A stretch of 64,000 bases of DNA from Felis catus. Its lineage: Eukaryota. The notes under the pieces are model-generated. The model had not been told where the DNA came from. It saw only the letters and a program-made list of their open reading frames with translations, and made no database searches. Location of the stretch: positions 100,814,001 to 100,878,000 of the forward strand of contig NC_058368.1 of NCBI RefSeq assembly GCF_018350175.1, written 5' to 3'. Shown here piece by piece: positions 49,276 to 61,430 of this stretch. Numbering within the stretch: position 1 is the first letter of the stretch; the number at the start of each line of letters is the position of its first letter. The position numbers were made by a program, and so were the translations under genes.

Positions 49276-51049
49276 ATGTGTGACCAAATATCTGGGTGCC
49301 CTGTGCCCCAGTCAGCTTGACACATAACAGTAACCATCACAAACCTACCCTTTGTCACGTGGACACGCCTGCACATCTCCTCACACCATACCTAAGCTAC
49401 AAATAAAAACACTGACAAGGTCGTAGTTCTGCCCAGCAAGATACAACTCTCTAGTGTGCAACTGAAAACACGTGAACCCCTTACCCCGAAGAGGTGATGA
49501 ATCCTGAGTCATGTGTACTCTTCTCCTTGATATCCCCTAAGTTAAATACTATGATGTTAAGTTAGCACTCCTCAAATTCTGCGATATGAAGTCATTACCT
49601 CTTATGTTCCATGATAAAGTGATGAGAGGGAAGAAAAAGATACCTGCTTTACATATGTTAATAGGTGAGCACATAAACATACTGAAGACAAAATAAGGAG
49701 GGAATATTTTGACAATTCCAGTCCTCATTTCTGTGACCTGTCACATGGTCATGGCTGGTATTTATAACTACTTTCTTTGGCTGCTCACTCTGTATTCCCT
49801 TTGTCTTCAGCGAACACCTCAGCTGGTTGTGGTTCTTTACTACGTAGGGTGGCTCAGGTCTTTATTCCTGAGGGGTCTGACCATTAGTAGTCCTTTTTGA
49901 ATTGAGCCGTTGTAGCTTTCCATGGACCTTAATCACAGGGCATCTTACTACTAAGAGACACCCTTAAGGATCTCCTCCTATCCTACATTTGATCTTCCTT
50001 GTCTCCACTGTGGCCCCCTTTCCCCTTGCTAGTCAGGATCAGTCACCCCAGCCAGCACAGTCATCCCCTCCCTTGCTTGTTGATTCGGAGACACAAGGAG
50101 CTCAAAGTGGCCACGTGGCAGGCTTACCTTCCAGTTCAGTAGAATTGCTGTGTCTCCTTGTGGAAGCATTCATCCTTGTGGAACTAAGACCTCCAGGCCA
50201 ACAAAGCATAAAGTCACAGAGACTGGAAGCAAAAATTTTGGGCACCTAGGGGTAATAATGAGTGATGTCACTCCCATTTCTATGCCTTGATTCCTAGAAC
50301 TGCGAATTCTGGTTATGGGGACACAGCATCAGGTACTGGACACCGATTCAGGCCATATGCGGCCACTTAGAGAACTTTGTCCCAACCCTGCAAGGTGTTG
50401 CCACCCAGCTGGCATTGTAACTGAGCGTGTAAAAGGCCATGCCACCATTCTTTCCAGCCACCTGCTTGAAGACGGTGGAGAACATGATCATACCAGTGAA
50501 TTCCATGTTTATGGACCCACTGCATCATTTTGTTTACTGTGAAATGAGCCACTTGATCAGAGCAGTGCTGTGTGGAATACCACGGTCATGGATAAGGAAT
50601 TCCGTAAGTCCAAGAATGGCAGTTGTAGCAAAAGCATTGCACACAGGGAAGGCAAATCCTTATCCAGAATAAATGTCTATTTCAGCGAGAACCAGACACT
50701 GTCCCTTCCACAGTGGAAGTGTAACCCATGTAATCAGCCTCCTCCTGTGGTGCCAGATTGGAGGTGCAGAACTGGCCTCTACTGTTGGCAGATTGGGCCC
50801 TCAGTGGTGGTCATACCCAGACTGGACTCACAAAGTGGAAGTCCATGTTGCTGAACCCGTGCATAACCTACATTCCTGTCCCCATGGCCATTTTGTGAGC
50901 CCATTGGGCAATGACAGAAGTGACTGGGGAGAGAGCCTGACTGGCATCTGCAGAACAAGTGATCCTATCTACTTGATTGCTAAAATCCTCCTTTGCTGCA
51001 GTCACTAGCGATGAGCGTTCACATGAGACACAAAAAAGTTTCACATGTT

Positions 51050-51132
51050 CCTCCTCCCCCTCCCTTCCCCTTCCCTTTCTCTTCCTCCTCCTCCTCCTCC
51101 TCCTCCTTTGTTGCCTCCTCCTCCTTCTTCTT
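51050..51132. repeat. (CCT)n / pyrimidine-rich expansion inside ERV-L pol
   Basis: Run of cctcctcc... and ttccc units. Confidence 0.85.
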
Positions 51133-52100
51133 TTGCCTATTCAGAGAGGTCTGTCTAGGTAACCTCACCTTCCCCTTTCCTCAGAGCCAGTTTTCTAGGC
51201 ATGTTCTTTGCACTTCCCTGACCATCCAGCCAAACTATTGACCACAGCCCGTGCATCAGTATCTAATCGCACATCTGACCGCTTCTCCTTTTCAGCCAAG
51301 TGAACTGCTAGGTGCATTGCTTGAAATCTGCCCCCAGGGAGGGTTTCCCTTGGCTCTTGTCCTTCCTAGCTGTCCCAGAGAGGGACTAGATGGCCCAGGT
51401 GTACATTCACAAGAGGTGCTTGCATATGGTACAGACTCCTCCATCGACCAGGTCCTTCCTCTGTCAACTAATTCTGGGGAACTCCTCATGAGGCCACAGG
51501 TGCAGGCTGGAGAGGGAAGCTAGTATGGCAGGAGTGGGGACCAGGGGCACTTCTTCACATAACTTGTGCCTTCAGGACCGGCTTGGGCTTGATCATGCAT
51601 ATGCCGTTTTAATTTGGTAACCGAGTGTTGCTGTGCCCAGCTTTATAGCTTGGTGGGTCAGATAACACCCACTTCATGAAGGGCAGTTCAGGTCGCCTGG
51701 TAACTTGGTAGTCTCTTGTCAAGCCTCCAGTCCCTCCTAAGGTGCAATAGCAAGCCAAGAACTCTGTCTCAAAAGGAAAGTAGCTATTCATGGAGGATGG
51801 CCAGGGTTTTGCTCTAACTTCCTAAGGACCTGTGCTGTCATTCACTTGTGGGGGCCTGCCAGAGGCTCAAAACAACATCCCTATCAGCTTCTGCCACTTC
51901 ATGCACTATGGGATCTGGTGGATCATATTGACCCATGTGGCAAAGCACTTTGCACAGCACTCTGGACCTCTTGCAGATCCTTCTCTTGTTCTGGACCCTA
52001 GTCGAAAGCATTAGCTCTTGGGGTCATTTGGTAAAGGGGTTGGAATAACACACTCAGAGTAAGTTGCCTCCAGAATCGAAGGAGGCCCACCACATTATAA

Positions 52101-52281
52101 TTTTTTTTTTAATGTTTATTTATTTTTGAGAGAGAGGGAGAGGGAGATTGAGAATCCAAATCGGGCTTCAGGCTCTGAGCTGTCAGCACAGAGCCCAACG
52201 TGGGGCTCGAATTCACAGACTGTGAGATCCTGACGTGAGCCGAAGTCGGACGCTTAACAGACTGAGCCACCCAGGCACCCC
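52101..52281 (-). mobile_element. Can-SINE inserted in the ERV-L 5' LTR
   Basis: Degenerate TSD aggcccaccacattata / aggccaaccatcata. Confidence 0.88.
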
Positions 52282-54479
52282 TAGGCCAACCATCATAGGG
52301 GTTAATCTGCTTTGCTCAGTCTGTAGGTTGAAATATTAATCTCACCCAAAACCACTTCACAGAAACACAGACAACAATGTTTGACCAAATATCTGGGCAC
52401 CCCACGGTAGAATTCACCATCACACTTCCTTCTAAAATTGAAAGACGCACTTCATCAATAAACATGGTAGTGTTTTTCTTTCTTTTGTTTTAGTTCAGAT
52501 GTGCGTGACATGAGAAAACACACTTTAATATCTTAGGATCTGATATTTATGGTAAACTATGTTTAGTGCTTTCTTGCTCTTGGAAGGTTCTTTCCTTCAG
52601 ATGCATACCCGTGGAAAGTTTGCACCTCCGTTTCCCAGACGTGATCGTAGTGCAGGGAATAAAAGTTTGTAGGAAAGGCCTGCTTTCCTTGTTTATTATT
52701 AGTGGACAATTAGATCTCATTGTCAGTAAAAATTGATGGCGGCAGCTTCCAAATTATCGAGCCTGTGCTAATAAATGCAACAGTTGTTCATAATTTGGTG
52801 GCAAATGACCTTTAAATGTAGATGTTTACGCAGGCTGTCCTTGGGGAACAATTTAACTTCCAAATGACACCCATGAGTACTAGTTATCATTTAAATATGC
52901 TTCCTTTTGTCAATAACAGAATAACAAATACTGGTTAGATTTCTAATGTTGATTCAGATACCAGGGAACCTGCTGAATAAATTAGTGTACATTTGATTTA
53001 TATTGACCAAAATTTTTTACACTGCTGTGTTACAGGTCAAGGTGGCATGCATTTAAATGCATTGTAGAGCAGAGGTCATGCTTGACTGACACGAATGCTT
53101 ACACTGTTTTTAATTAACTTTTAAATATTATCCTAAAATTCCTTCTCAAATACCAATTATTAGGAACAGGAGTGAAATTAACTTAGTCGAGAGAAACCTT
53201 ATTTTAAAAGTCAATAATCCTGATCTTTCCCATAAAAATTACTGGAGTAAATTATTGCTACATTTTTACCTTACAATTTGTAAAGAAATCAGATGCGCTT
53301 TTTTTTTGCATCGCAGACTCTGAATTCATGGTGGGTTTTACATGGGTAATTTTGCAGAAATAACCTGAAATAGTGTTGAAAATAAATTTTGCAAAGGAAT
53401 GAACAGTCTTCCGTAGTGCAGGAAGCACATTACCAGGCAAATGCGTGTTCTTAGTGCTCTGAACTTTTTCGTTGATGTTGTCATGTGTACGTGGAAGGAG
53501 GATGGTTTGCAGGGTGCAGATGTGAGTGGATTTTGTCCGCCAGCCATTAGTAGTCCAAAGTAGTGTACGTTCTAGGGAAGCTTTAATCAACAGCTCGTTT
53601 GCCCTTTGAGACGCTGTCTTCACAATGAACGCTGCTGCTTTTGCATAGAAATATTGTTGGATGAAAAGCATTTTGCTATCAGTGTAGAATTTATTTCATT
53701 TATGACCCATGCCAGAAGGTTCACATACTTCGGAAGTTTAGAACTGAAATGCACAAAGGTTGTTTTGTTTTGTTTTGTTTTAAACCATGAAGATCTTTGT
53801 AGGCAATCAAGAGTGTGCTTTGGGAATTCAGGAGAACCTTCTGAGCTTTGCTTCTCCAGAAGCTGCGTGGCATCTCCAGAAGCTGCAGGACAAACCTCCT
53901 CTACATTAAAACATTGCATCCACAGGAACTTTTCCGCTCCCCTCCAAAGCCAAAAAGGACGTCTGCTCAGCCTGCCTGCAGTGAATGGCATTGGTGCTGG
54001 GATATCAGTTCAGTTTCAGCCACAGTGTGGGTCCTTAGCTGGTAGCTTTGTAACTAGGCTTCAGTGTACCCAGAGCAGCATTAACCCCAGATTGCCCAGA
54101 AGGGCAAAAGAAGGGACAGTATTGAAAATAGTAGTAAGAGAGAAAAGGAAGTGGGGATACTAAAATTGAAAGTGGCAAGAGAATGACAAATGTTGCATGT
54201 GCCCAGGAGATGAATCATTCAGTAGTGGGAAGGCTTCTGAAGGACAGAGAGACAGTCATGTAGCATTTCTCTTAAGTGGGCATGCCCGTAAGAAGTGATT
54301 GATGAATGGAAAGACTTCTGGGTGGCAGCCGATGCTAAGGGAGGAGGCAGGGAGGAGGAGAAAATAGGCTCATAGTCGATGTGATGGTGCCGCTGGTAAG
54401 GTAGCACTTTGGATCTCTGTCCAAATCAGGGCTTGGCTTCTGGTGCAAATAATGAGCTGCTAAGGCCGTGGCGCCCAGC

Positions 54480-54850
54480 CCACGCTGCACCCTGCAATCA
54501 CCTGGAGATCTTTACCAACTGCCAGTGCCTGGGTCCCACCCTCAGGGAGTCTGGTGCTTCTGGAATATGGGTTGAGCATGAGAGTTTTTATAAAGCTCCC
54601 TGGGTGATTCTAATGCGCAGTAGAAATAGAGCACTGCCATAGAAATGTCCCCAAGATTCTTGTGGAGATCATTAAGGCACGTTACTTGTCCCCATACATC
54701 TTAATAGGGTAAGTCTATGGTTCTTGGGAGAGATTAAACACACACTGACTTTTCAGACTCTCTGCCCAGAGATTCTCATGTAACTGGGGCTCCAGCTTTG
54801 GTATGGTTTCAAAGCTCTCCAGTTGATTTTAATTTGTAGCCAAGCCTGCA
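54480..54850. mobile_element. MER5-like hAT fragments
   Basis: aatcacctggagatc...gcctgggtcccaccctcagggagtctg...aagctccctgggtgattctaatgcgcag. Confidence 0.65.
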
Positions 54851-55934
54851 AATTAAGGAGTAAGTGACTTACCCTGTTCTGAAAAAGACGCCCTATAGAG
54901 TGCAGAGTTAGCACGGAGGAGGAGAAACGTTAGCTTTGTTTAAAGCTTTGAAGGACCGGTTCACATTGTGACTCAGCAGGAGTGCATCTAGGACTGAAGG
55001 CCTGAACCACTCTTGATTCTTTGGAGCCATAAACCAAATGAACTTAAGCTTTTCTGACCTCAGCAGGTTTGAGGAACTTCTTAAGGAGAGTCATTTCTAA
55101 ACTTTGGAGCCAGACAGACTTGGTTCCACATTCTAGGTGTGATACTAGTGAGTGTGCTTGTGCTGTACAAGTCATAAACCTTCCTGGGCCTCATTTCCCT
55201 AAAATGCTTACCTCCTTTTTCTCTGAAAGCATCCTTGTAAGTTCTGGGCACAGAGTAGGAACTCGCCATGTGGGCGGCTCTTGTTATTTCGAGTACTTTT
55301 TTTTTGTTTGTTATCTTAAGTAATCTCTACATCCAATGTGGGGCTTGAGCTTACAACCCCAAGATCAAGAGTCACATGGGTAGTGGACTGAGCCTACCAG
55401 GTGCCCCATTTCTGGTCCTCCTAATTAAATCTTTGACAGTATGGGTAAAATGTCACGATATATTTTACCTTCCTGTCATCTACTATGAAAGTTTTTCCTT
55501 TTTCCTTACTTTTGAATAACTCTATATTTAATGCACTGCTTTAAACAAATTCTTTTAAAAAAGTAATATCAAAAGAACCTTGCAGTGCTTTCGTATTAGA
55601 GAATGACATCGACAGTGTCCTAGAGTCATTTCATCTGTAAGAACACGTGAAGAGTGCCGATGGTATGTTTAAACATCGAGTTATTGACAACTATTTGTCA
55701 ATCACAGAACCCCTAGGTGATGTGTCAGCCACTGTTCTTTGCTTTAGATGCTTAACAGTGTTCTCAGGTAAAACTTTGAATTGGTTTTCTACATTCTGCA
55801 AATATAAAGTCTTTTTAGAAGAGGCCAGACAATCCTGCCTCCATTTATAAGTGTTTAAGTATATGGCACTGGCTTGGCAGTGGGAGTGAGGCCATCCTCT
55901 ATCCAGACCCATTCTTGGTGTTTTGCTCTGAACT

Positions 55935-55940
55935 GAGAGA

Positions 55941-55975
<35 letters not shown>

Positions 55976-56627
55976 TGCAAGGGAGGGGTAGAGAGAGGGG
56001 GAGAAGAAGAGAGAATCCTAAGCCAGCTCCACACTGTCAGCACATGGGGCTCAAAGTCACAAGTTGTAGGCCAACACGGGGCTCAAAGTCACAAATTGTG
56101 AGACCATGACCTGAGCCAAAATCAAGAGTTGGACACTTAACTGATTGAGCTGCTCAGGTGCCCCCAGAAGTAGAACTTTTGACTTCTGACTCATCATTGT
56201 TCAGCTTTGCTAGGTTCAATTTTAACAAATCATGTTTTAACCTAGAGTTTTGTTTTGAAGCTGTTTTCTACAGTCAGGGTTTGCTCCTTTACTGACTCTT
56301 GGGTCTAAAAAAGTACCGTGGAACTCATCTTTTTTTAAAATTGTATTTTATTTTAGTGAGAAAGCATGCAAGAGTGGGGGAGAGTGGCAGAGGGGGAGAG
56401 AGAGAGAATATTTAAAAAAAATTTTTTTGACGTTTATTTATTTTTAGAGAAAGACAGAGCATGAGCAGGGGAGGAGCAGAGAGAGAGAGAGGGAGAGACA
56501 GAATCCAAAGCAGGCTCCAGGCTTCGAGCTGTCAGCACAGACCCCAATGTGGGGCTTGAAGTCATGGACTGTGAGATCATGACCGAAGCCAAAGTTGATG
56601 CTTAACTGACTGAGCCCCCCAGGCACC

Positions 56628-56678
<51 letters not shown>

Positions 56679-56800
56679 CTTAAGCAGGCTCCATGGTTTG
56701 CATAGAGTCTGACCACATGGCTTGATGCCATGCCCCTGGGATCATGACCTGAGCCTAAATCAAGAGTCAGATGCTCAACCCACTGAGGCACCCGGAGCCC
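55935..56800 (-). mobile_element. Antisense SINE cluster: 55935-56165, and 56330-56800 containing a nested copy (about 56420-56629)
   Basis: The host SINE is split at its (GA)n, with gagagagaat repeated on both sides of the inner copy. Confidence 0.83.
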
Positions 56801-57456
56801 TTCTGTGGCCTCATTTTTCTGTGGCCCAGAGGATTCTAAATGGGTGTCAGGGGAGGCTGGCGGTCTGTTGAATTGGAAGTTTAGTTCAGAGTTTATGTGA
56901 TCTGCTCCACAGCAGCACATTTGCAACCTGGGTACTCTACGTGGTCTGAAGAGGGGACTGCCCGGGAGAGCCAGGAAGAAATGCCAGGTGGGAGCTGTAA
57001 GAGGTAGCAGCAGATGAGGGTTGGCAAAGAGGCAGAGAAGTGGAGTGTGGGACACAATTTTATCAGCCCCAGTATTTACTTGTATTCATTTATTCAGCCC
57101 ATGGTGCTGGAAGGCCTGCAGTATACCAGGCACTGTACTGGGCCCTGGGGATGCCATCATTTCCTTATTTTCTCTCCAAGACCCTCACGACATTCCAAAA
57201 CTCTCTCTCGCAAAGGGATTCTCCCTGTTTGTGAACACAAGGTACACTGGAGCTGTAGTAAACTAATCGTGTGTTGCCCCGCGGATTGCTGAACGTATAC
57301 GTATGGTTGTGTTAATAAGCTTAAATTTGAACACATTGGGAACTTGAGTTTCCTTGTCTTTAAAATGGGTTAACATTAGTACCTAACCCATACAGCCACT
57401 GCCAAGTACCCAACCTGCAGTGTCCTTGCCACCATTAAATGAAATAGTGCATGTGA

Positions 57457-57682
57457 GGGGTGCCTGGGTGGCTCAGTCGGTTAAGCGTCCATCTTTGGCT
57501 CAGGTCATGATCTCATGGTTCATGAGTTTCAGCCCCACGTCGGGCTCTGTGCGGACAGCTCAGAGCCTGGAGCCTGCTTCAGATTCTGTGTCTCCCTCTT
57601 TCTGTGCCCTTCCCCAGCTGTGCTCTGTCTCTCTTTCTCTCTCTCATTCTCTCTCAAAAAAAAAAAAAAAAAAAAAAAAGAA
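57457..57682 (+). mobile_element. Can-SINE inserted in a MIR
   Basis: TSD agtgcatgtga on both flanks and a long A tail. Confidence 0.9.
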
Positions 57683-58599
57683 AGAGTGCATGTGATATGC
57701 CTGGCAAGGTGTTTGCCCCATACTATAGTTGGCTCAGTAAGTATCACTCCTGTGATAGGCCTGTCTCTGCCTTCACAGTCTCAGCTTAGCCTTTTCCCAG
57801 AAGGCCAGGCACTAACGTTTAGTCAGGAAACCTTTGTGAAAGTCAAGAGGATGTCTGGGAGAGGGGACTCTCGACAGGTTGTCTCAGATGCTGGGGAAGG
57901 AGGGATGGGACAGTAAGTAGACGAGATTGGTCAAGTGGAGAGGAGCGTGGTCAGCATGTTTTATTTGATCTGATATTGAACTGCACAGCATCACAGCCAG
58001 CTCTTGTGAGTCAGGCAGAAGCTGAGGTTATGGTTATTTTGCAAACTTGACCTCTTTGGGAAGATGTTCTATGAGAGGGGAAGTAGCAGTGCATTCAAGA
58101 GTGCACTTTGCTGTTGGTGACATGGAACCACTTCCTAACCATGTGTTTGATGACCACTGGTTGCCTAAATGCTCTGAGCCGTGGCTCCCTAAGTGGGAAT
58201 GATAGTTCCTGCTTCATAACTAATAGGGATTGTTTAAGCAAATGAAATAATGGGTGTAAAGCAGTTAGTTCTGTAGTAGTTAGCGTTGGCATATGTTTCT
58301 AAAAGCTTACATCTTTATGTTGGATTTCTAGAGAGAGTTGCCTGAGTGAGGGTTGTGTGGGATTTCTGACATGAGTACCATTGCAACCATAAATTCATCT
58401 CCTGTTCCTCTGCTTTACCACCAAAGGAAAACTAAAACAACAAGAAGAATGCCTATCAAGTAAAAATTTGAGAGACATTTGAGTATGTGGGGGCTCATGA
58501 AGTTGAGTTAGAGTTTAACCCCTGTTGATTTTATCCATGAACTATCCAGAACTGTGTCTTTTGAGCAGTAGACAGACCCTGTCAAAACCAATTAATGAT

Positions 58600-58808
58600 A
58601 GGAGTGCCTGGGTGGTGGCTTAGTCCAACTTCAGCTCAGGTCATGATCTCACAGTTTGTGGGTTCAAGCCCTGTGTCGGGCTCTGTGCTGACAGCTCGGA
58701 GCCTGGAGCCTGCTTCGGATTCTGTGTCTCCCTCTCTCTTGGCCTCTCCCCTGCTCATGCTTGCTCTCTCGCTCTCTCTCTCTCTCTCTCTCAAAAATAA
58801 ATAAACAT
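58600..58808 (+). mobile_element. Can-SINE with a long TSD
   Basis: tcaaaaccaattaatgatag at about 58582 and 58808. Confidence 0.92.
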
Positions 58809-60034
58809 CAAAACCAATTAATGATAGAGTTTTAACAAATGAGAAATTGATGCTGTGGGAAGAGATTACTGAGAACACTAGAGCTCACATATTAAGACCT
58901 CGTTTTTATGGAGAAAAAGTATATAAGTCTTATGGATTGCCCATCCAAAGATGCACTTGTCAAGAAGTCTTCTCTTAGTATTCTGCCATCCTTTGCTTGA
59001 GGCTTACACTCTAGGAGTGCGCCGCCTCGTTTGTAAGATGAGAACTAGCATTGAGAGCCACGAAGAGAGAAAAGTCATGCAGATAATCAGTAACAGGCAC
59101 CTAGCACAGTGCAAGGCATGGACTGAAAGGCAGCTGCTCTTGTCATTGGGCATCCGTCAAGCTGGCAGAGAATGGTATGTTCTCGTTTTACTTCTGGTGG
59201 TGTCACCTCTGTCTCTGGCCTGGGCATCTCTGCTCTCTTGCCCGTTGCCACCGGCCCTGAGGCCCGCAGTCTCTTGGGTTCACACTGCGTAGTGGGGAGC
59301 TGTTTAACCTGCCAGGTGGATTGCTTGTGGTAGACTTTGTGCTCTGGAAATTGCAGTGAAGCTGCTGTGGTTCTGGTGCCGTGCACGGTTATTCTTGGCC
59401 AAAGAGCCAGAAGCCCCAAAGCCCAGGATCCTACCCGAACCATCTGGGTCCTGAGAGCTCTGCCCTTGCTGGGGCCCAAATGCCTGACTGGGGGGGGGTG
59501 TTCTTGGGCACATAAGGAGCAGGTTTAGGGGGCAGATTTGAAACACGCTCCCAGTTCATTGGGGGTTAACTTAAGCAACCAAAGAGAGTTTTCCAGTAAT
59601 ATCATTAAGCACTAGAGAGGAACTGAAAACAGAAACTCTACTAAGGATGATCTGTGGTACAGTGAGTTTTGGTAATTTGAAGAAGTACCCCGCAACCTGA
59701 AGTGTTCAGTCATGTGTAGAGTTAAACTATAGGAAACATTTTCACATAAAAAATGGTTGTAGAACCAGAAGTGCCAAGAACTGGCTTATTAAGTAACAGT
59801 GGCCAAAAATGATTGTATGTTGAAATGGACTTCAACACTTCTCTTCTTTGATTTGCCCACTTTTTGCTTCCTTTGGCTGCCCTTGGTCTGTGCAAGACCA
59901 CCTCTCTGTATGATGGAACACTGTGGAACTATGCCCTTTGCTCCTGAATCTCTGGTGTACTGTTTTGTACTGAAGCCTTTATAAACGTGCCCACTGGTTT
60001 CCTTCAGGTGCTGTTCTTAAATGGATGTGGATAT

Positions 60035-60272
60035 GGGGCGCCTGGGTGGCGCAGTCGGTTAAGCGTCCGACTTCAGCCAGGTCACGATCTCGCGGTCCGT
60101 GGGTTCGAGCCCCGCGTCAGGCTCTGGGCTGATGGCTCAGAGCCTGGAGCCTGCTTCCGATTCTGTGTCTCCCTTTCTCTATGCCCCTCTCCCGTTCATG
60201 CTCTGTCTCTCTCTGTCCCAAAAATAAATAAAACGTTGAAAAAAAAATAAAAAAAAAAATTAAAAAAAAAAT
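60035..60272 (+). mobile_element. Young SINEC_Fc-type copy
   Basis: Variants gcgcagtcgg, cttcagccagg and gggctgatggctc, CpG-rich. Perfect TSD aaatggatgtggata. Confidence 0.93.
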
Positions 60273-60762
60273 AAATGGATGTGGATAGGCCCTGGGTTCT
60301 TAAGTTGGCTACAGTACTGTCATTTTGAAAATATATTATTTGTTTTACAGTTTTTTAGACTTGGAGAGTTTTTTTTTTTAAGGCAACATTTGCTTTATGT
60401 TACAGATATATTCATTTTTTTTGGCCATTTATAATAGCATTAGGTTATAAAAATGAAGAAATATTAGTCTTTGAAAGCACCATAACACAGTTTGAACAGT
60501 CAACTCCTTAATTAATATATTTGTGACATATACATGGTATGTTAACTAACTTGATTTTAAATAAATTAATTTAAAAATAAAACTGCATCTATATTTATAT
60601 TTATATGTATATATTTGTGACATTGTGAGAGTGAATTTTAAGGAACAGTTCCATGAGAGATGGATAGGGATTATGAATGATCCCTCTCATGGACCCTCTG
60701 TGCTTTTAGTCTCAGTATACAGTGGAAGCAAAGCCTTTATCTGTTATAAAGAAGCACAATTA

Positions 60763-61430
60763 GGGGTGCCTGGGTGGCTCAGTCAGTTAAGCATCCAATT
60801 CTTTTTTTTTTTTTTTTTTTTTAAATGTCTATTTATTTTTGAGACAGAGACAGAGCATGAACAGGGGAGGGTCAGAGAGAGAGGGAGACACAGATTCCGA
60901 AACAGGCTCCAGGCTCTGAGCTGTCAGCACAGAGCCCGACGCGGGGCTTGAACTCACGGACCGTGAGATCATGCCCTGAGCCGAAGTCGGACGCTTAACC
61001 GACTCATCTACCCAGGCGCCCCAAGCATCCAATTCTTGATTTGGCTCAGGTCATGATCTCAAGGTTGCGTTATTGAGCCCTGCATTGGGCTTTGGGCTGA
61101 GCATGCAGACTCCTTAAGATTCTCTCTCTCCCTCTTCCTCTGCCCCTCTCCTCTGCTCCTGCTCTTGTTCTCTCTCTCTCTTTCTCTCCCCCCCCCAAAA
61201 ATATAATTGGGGTGCCTGGGTGGCACGGTCAGTTAAGCATCTGACTTTGGCTCAGGTCATGATTTCACAGTCCATGGGTTCGAGCCCTGCATCAGGCTCT
61301 GTGCTGACAGCTCAGAGCCTGGAGCCTGCTTTGGATTCTGTGTCCCCCCTCTTTCTTTGCCCTTCCTCCATTCATGCTCTGCCTCACACTGTCTCTCAAA
61401 AATAAATAAATGTTAAAAAATTTTTTTTAA
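60763..61430. mobile_element. Host + SINE (60763-61200) split by a - SINE (about 60804-61022), followed by another + SINE (61209-61430)
   Basis: Perfect TSD aagcatccaattctt at 60789 and 61023, inside the host head. Confidence 0.9.

Larger units (their letters stand above)
49281..52424 (-). mobile_element. Degenerate ERV-L provirus (MLT2-type LTR ends; pol RT/RNase H, integrase and dUTPase remnants)
   Basis: LTR start TGTGATGG on the minus strand at 52424 and 49341, both copies sharing tgaccaaatatctggg, with a polypurine tract next to 49341. Minus ORFs HFTVNKMMQWVHKHGIHW..QLGGNTLQGWDKVL (integrase-like) and FETEFLACY..RPELPFMKWVLSDPP (pol-like). Confidence 0.88.

Noticed and set aside
49989..52014. 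A domesticated or intact retroviral gene
   Set aside because: The pol remnants are broken by stops, frameshifts and a (CCT)n expansion, and the longest homologous ORFs are only about 60 aa.
53258..54163. ORFs of 123-185 aa in SNX24 intron 1
   Set aside because: No recognisable domain, overlapping frames on both strands, and no match to the recalled SNX24 exon 2 peptide (VFKIEVLMNGRKHF).
24823..61405. Recurrent ORF family AQVMISRSVSSSPASGSVLTAQSLEP as a repeated gene
   Set aside because: These are translations of non-coding Can-SINE copies.
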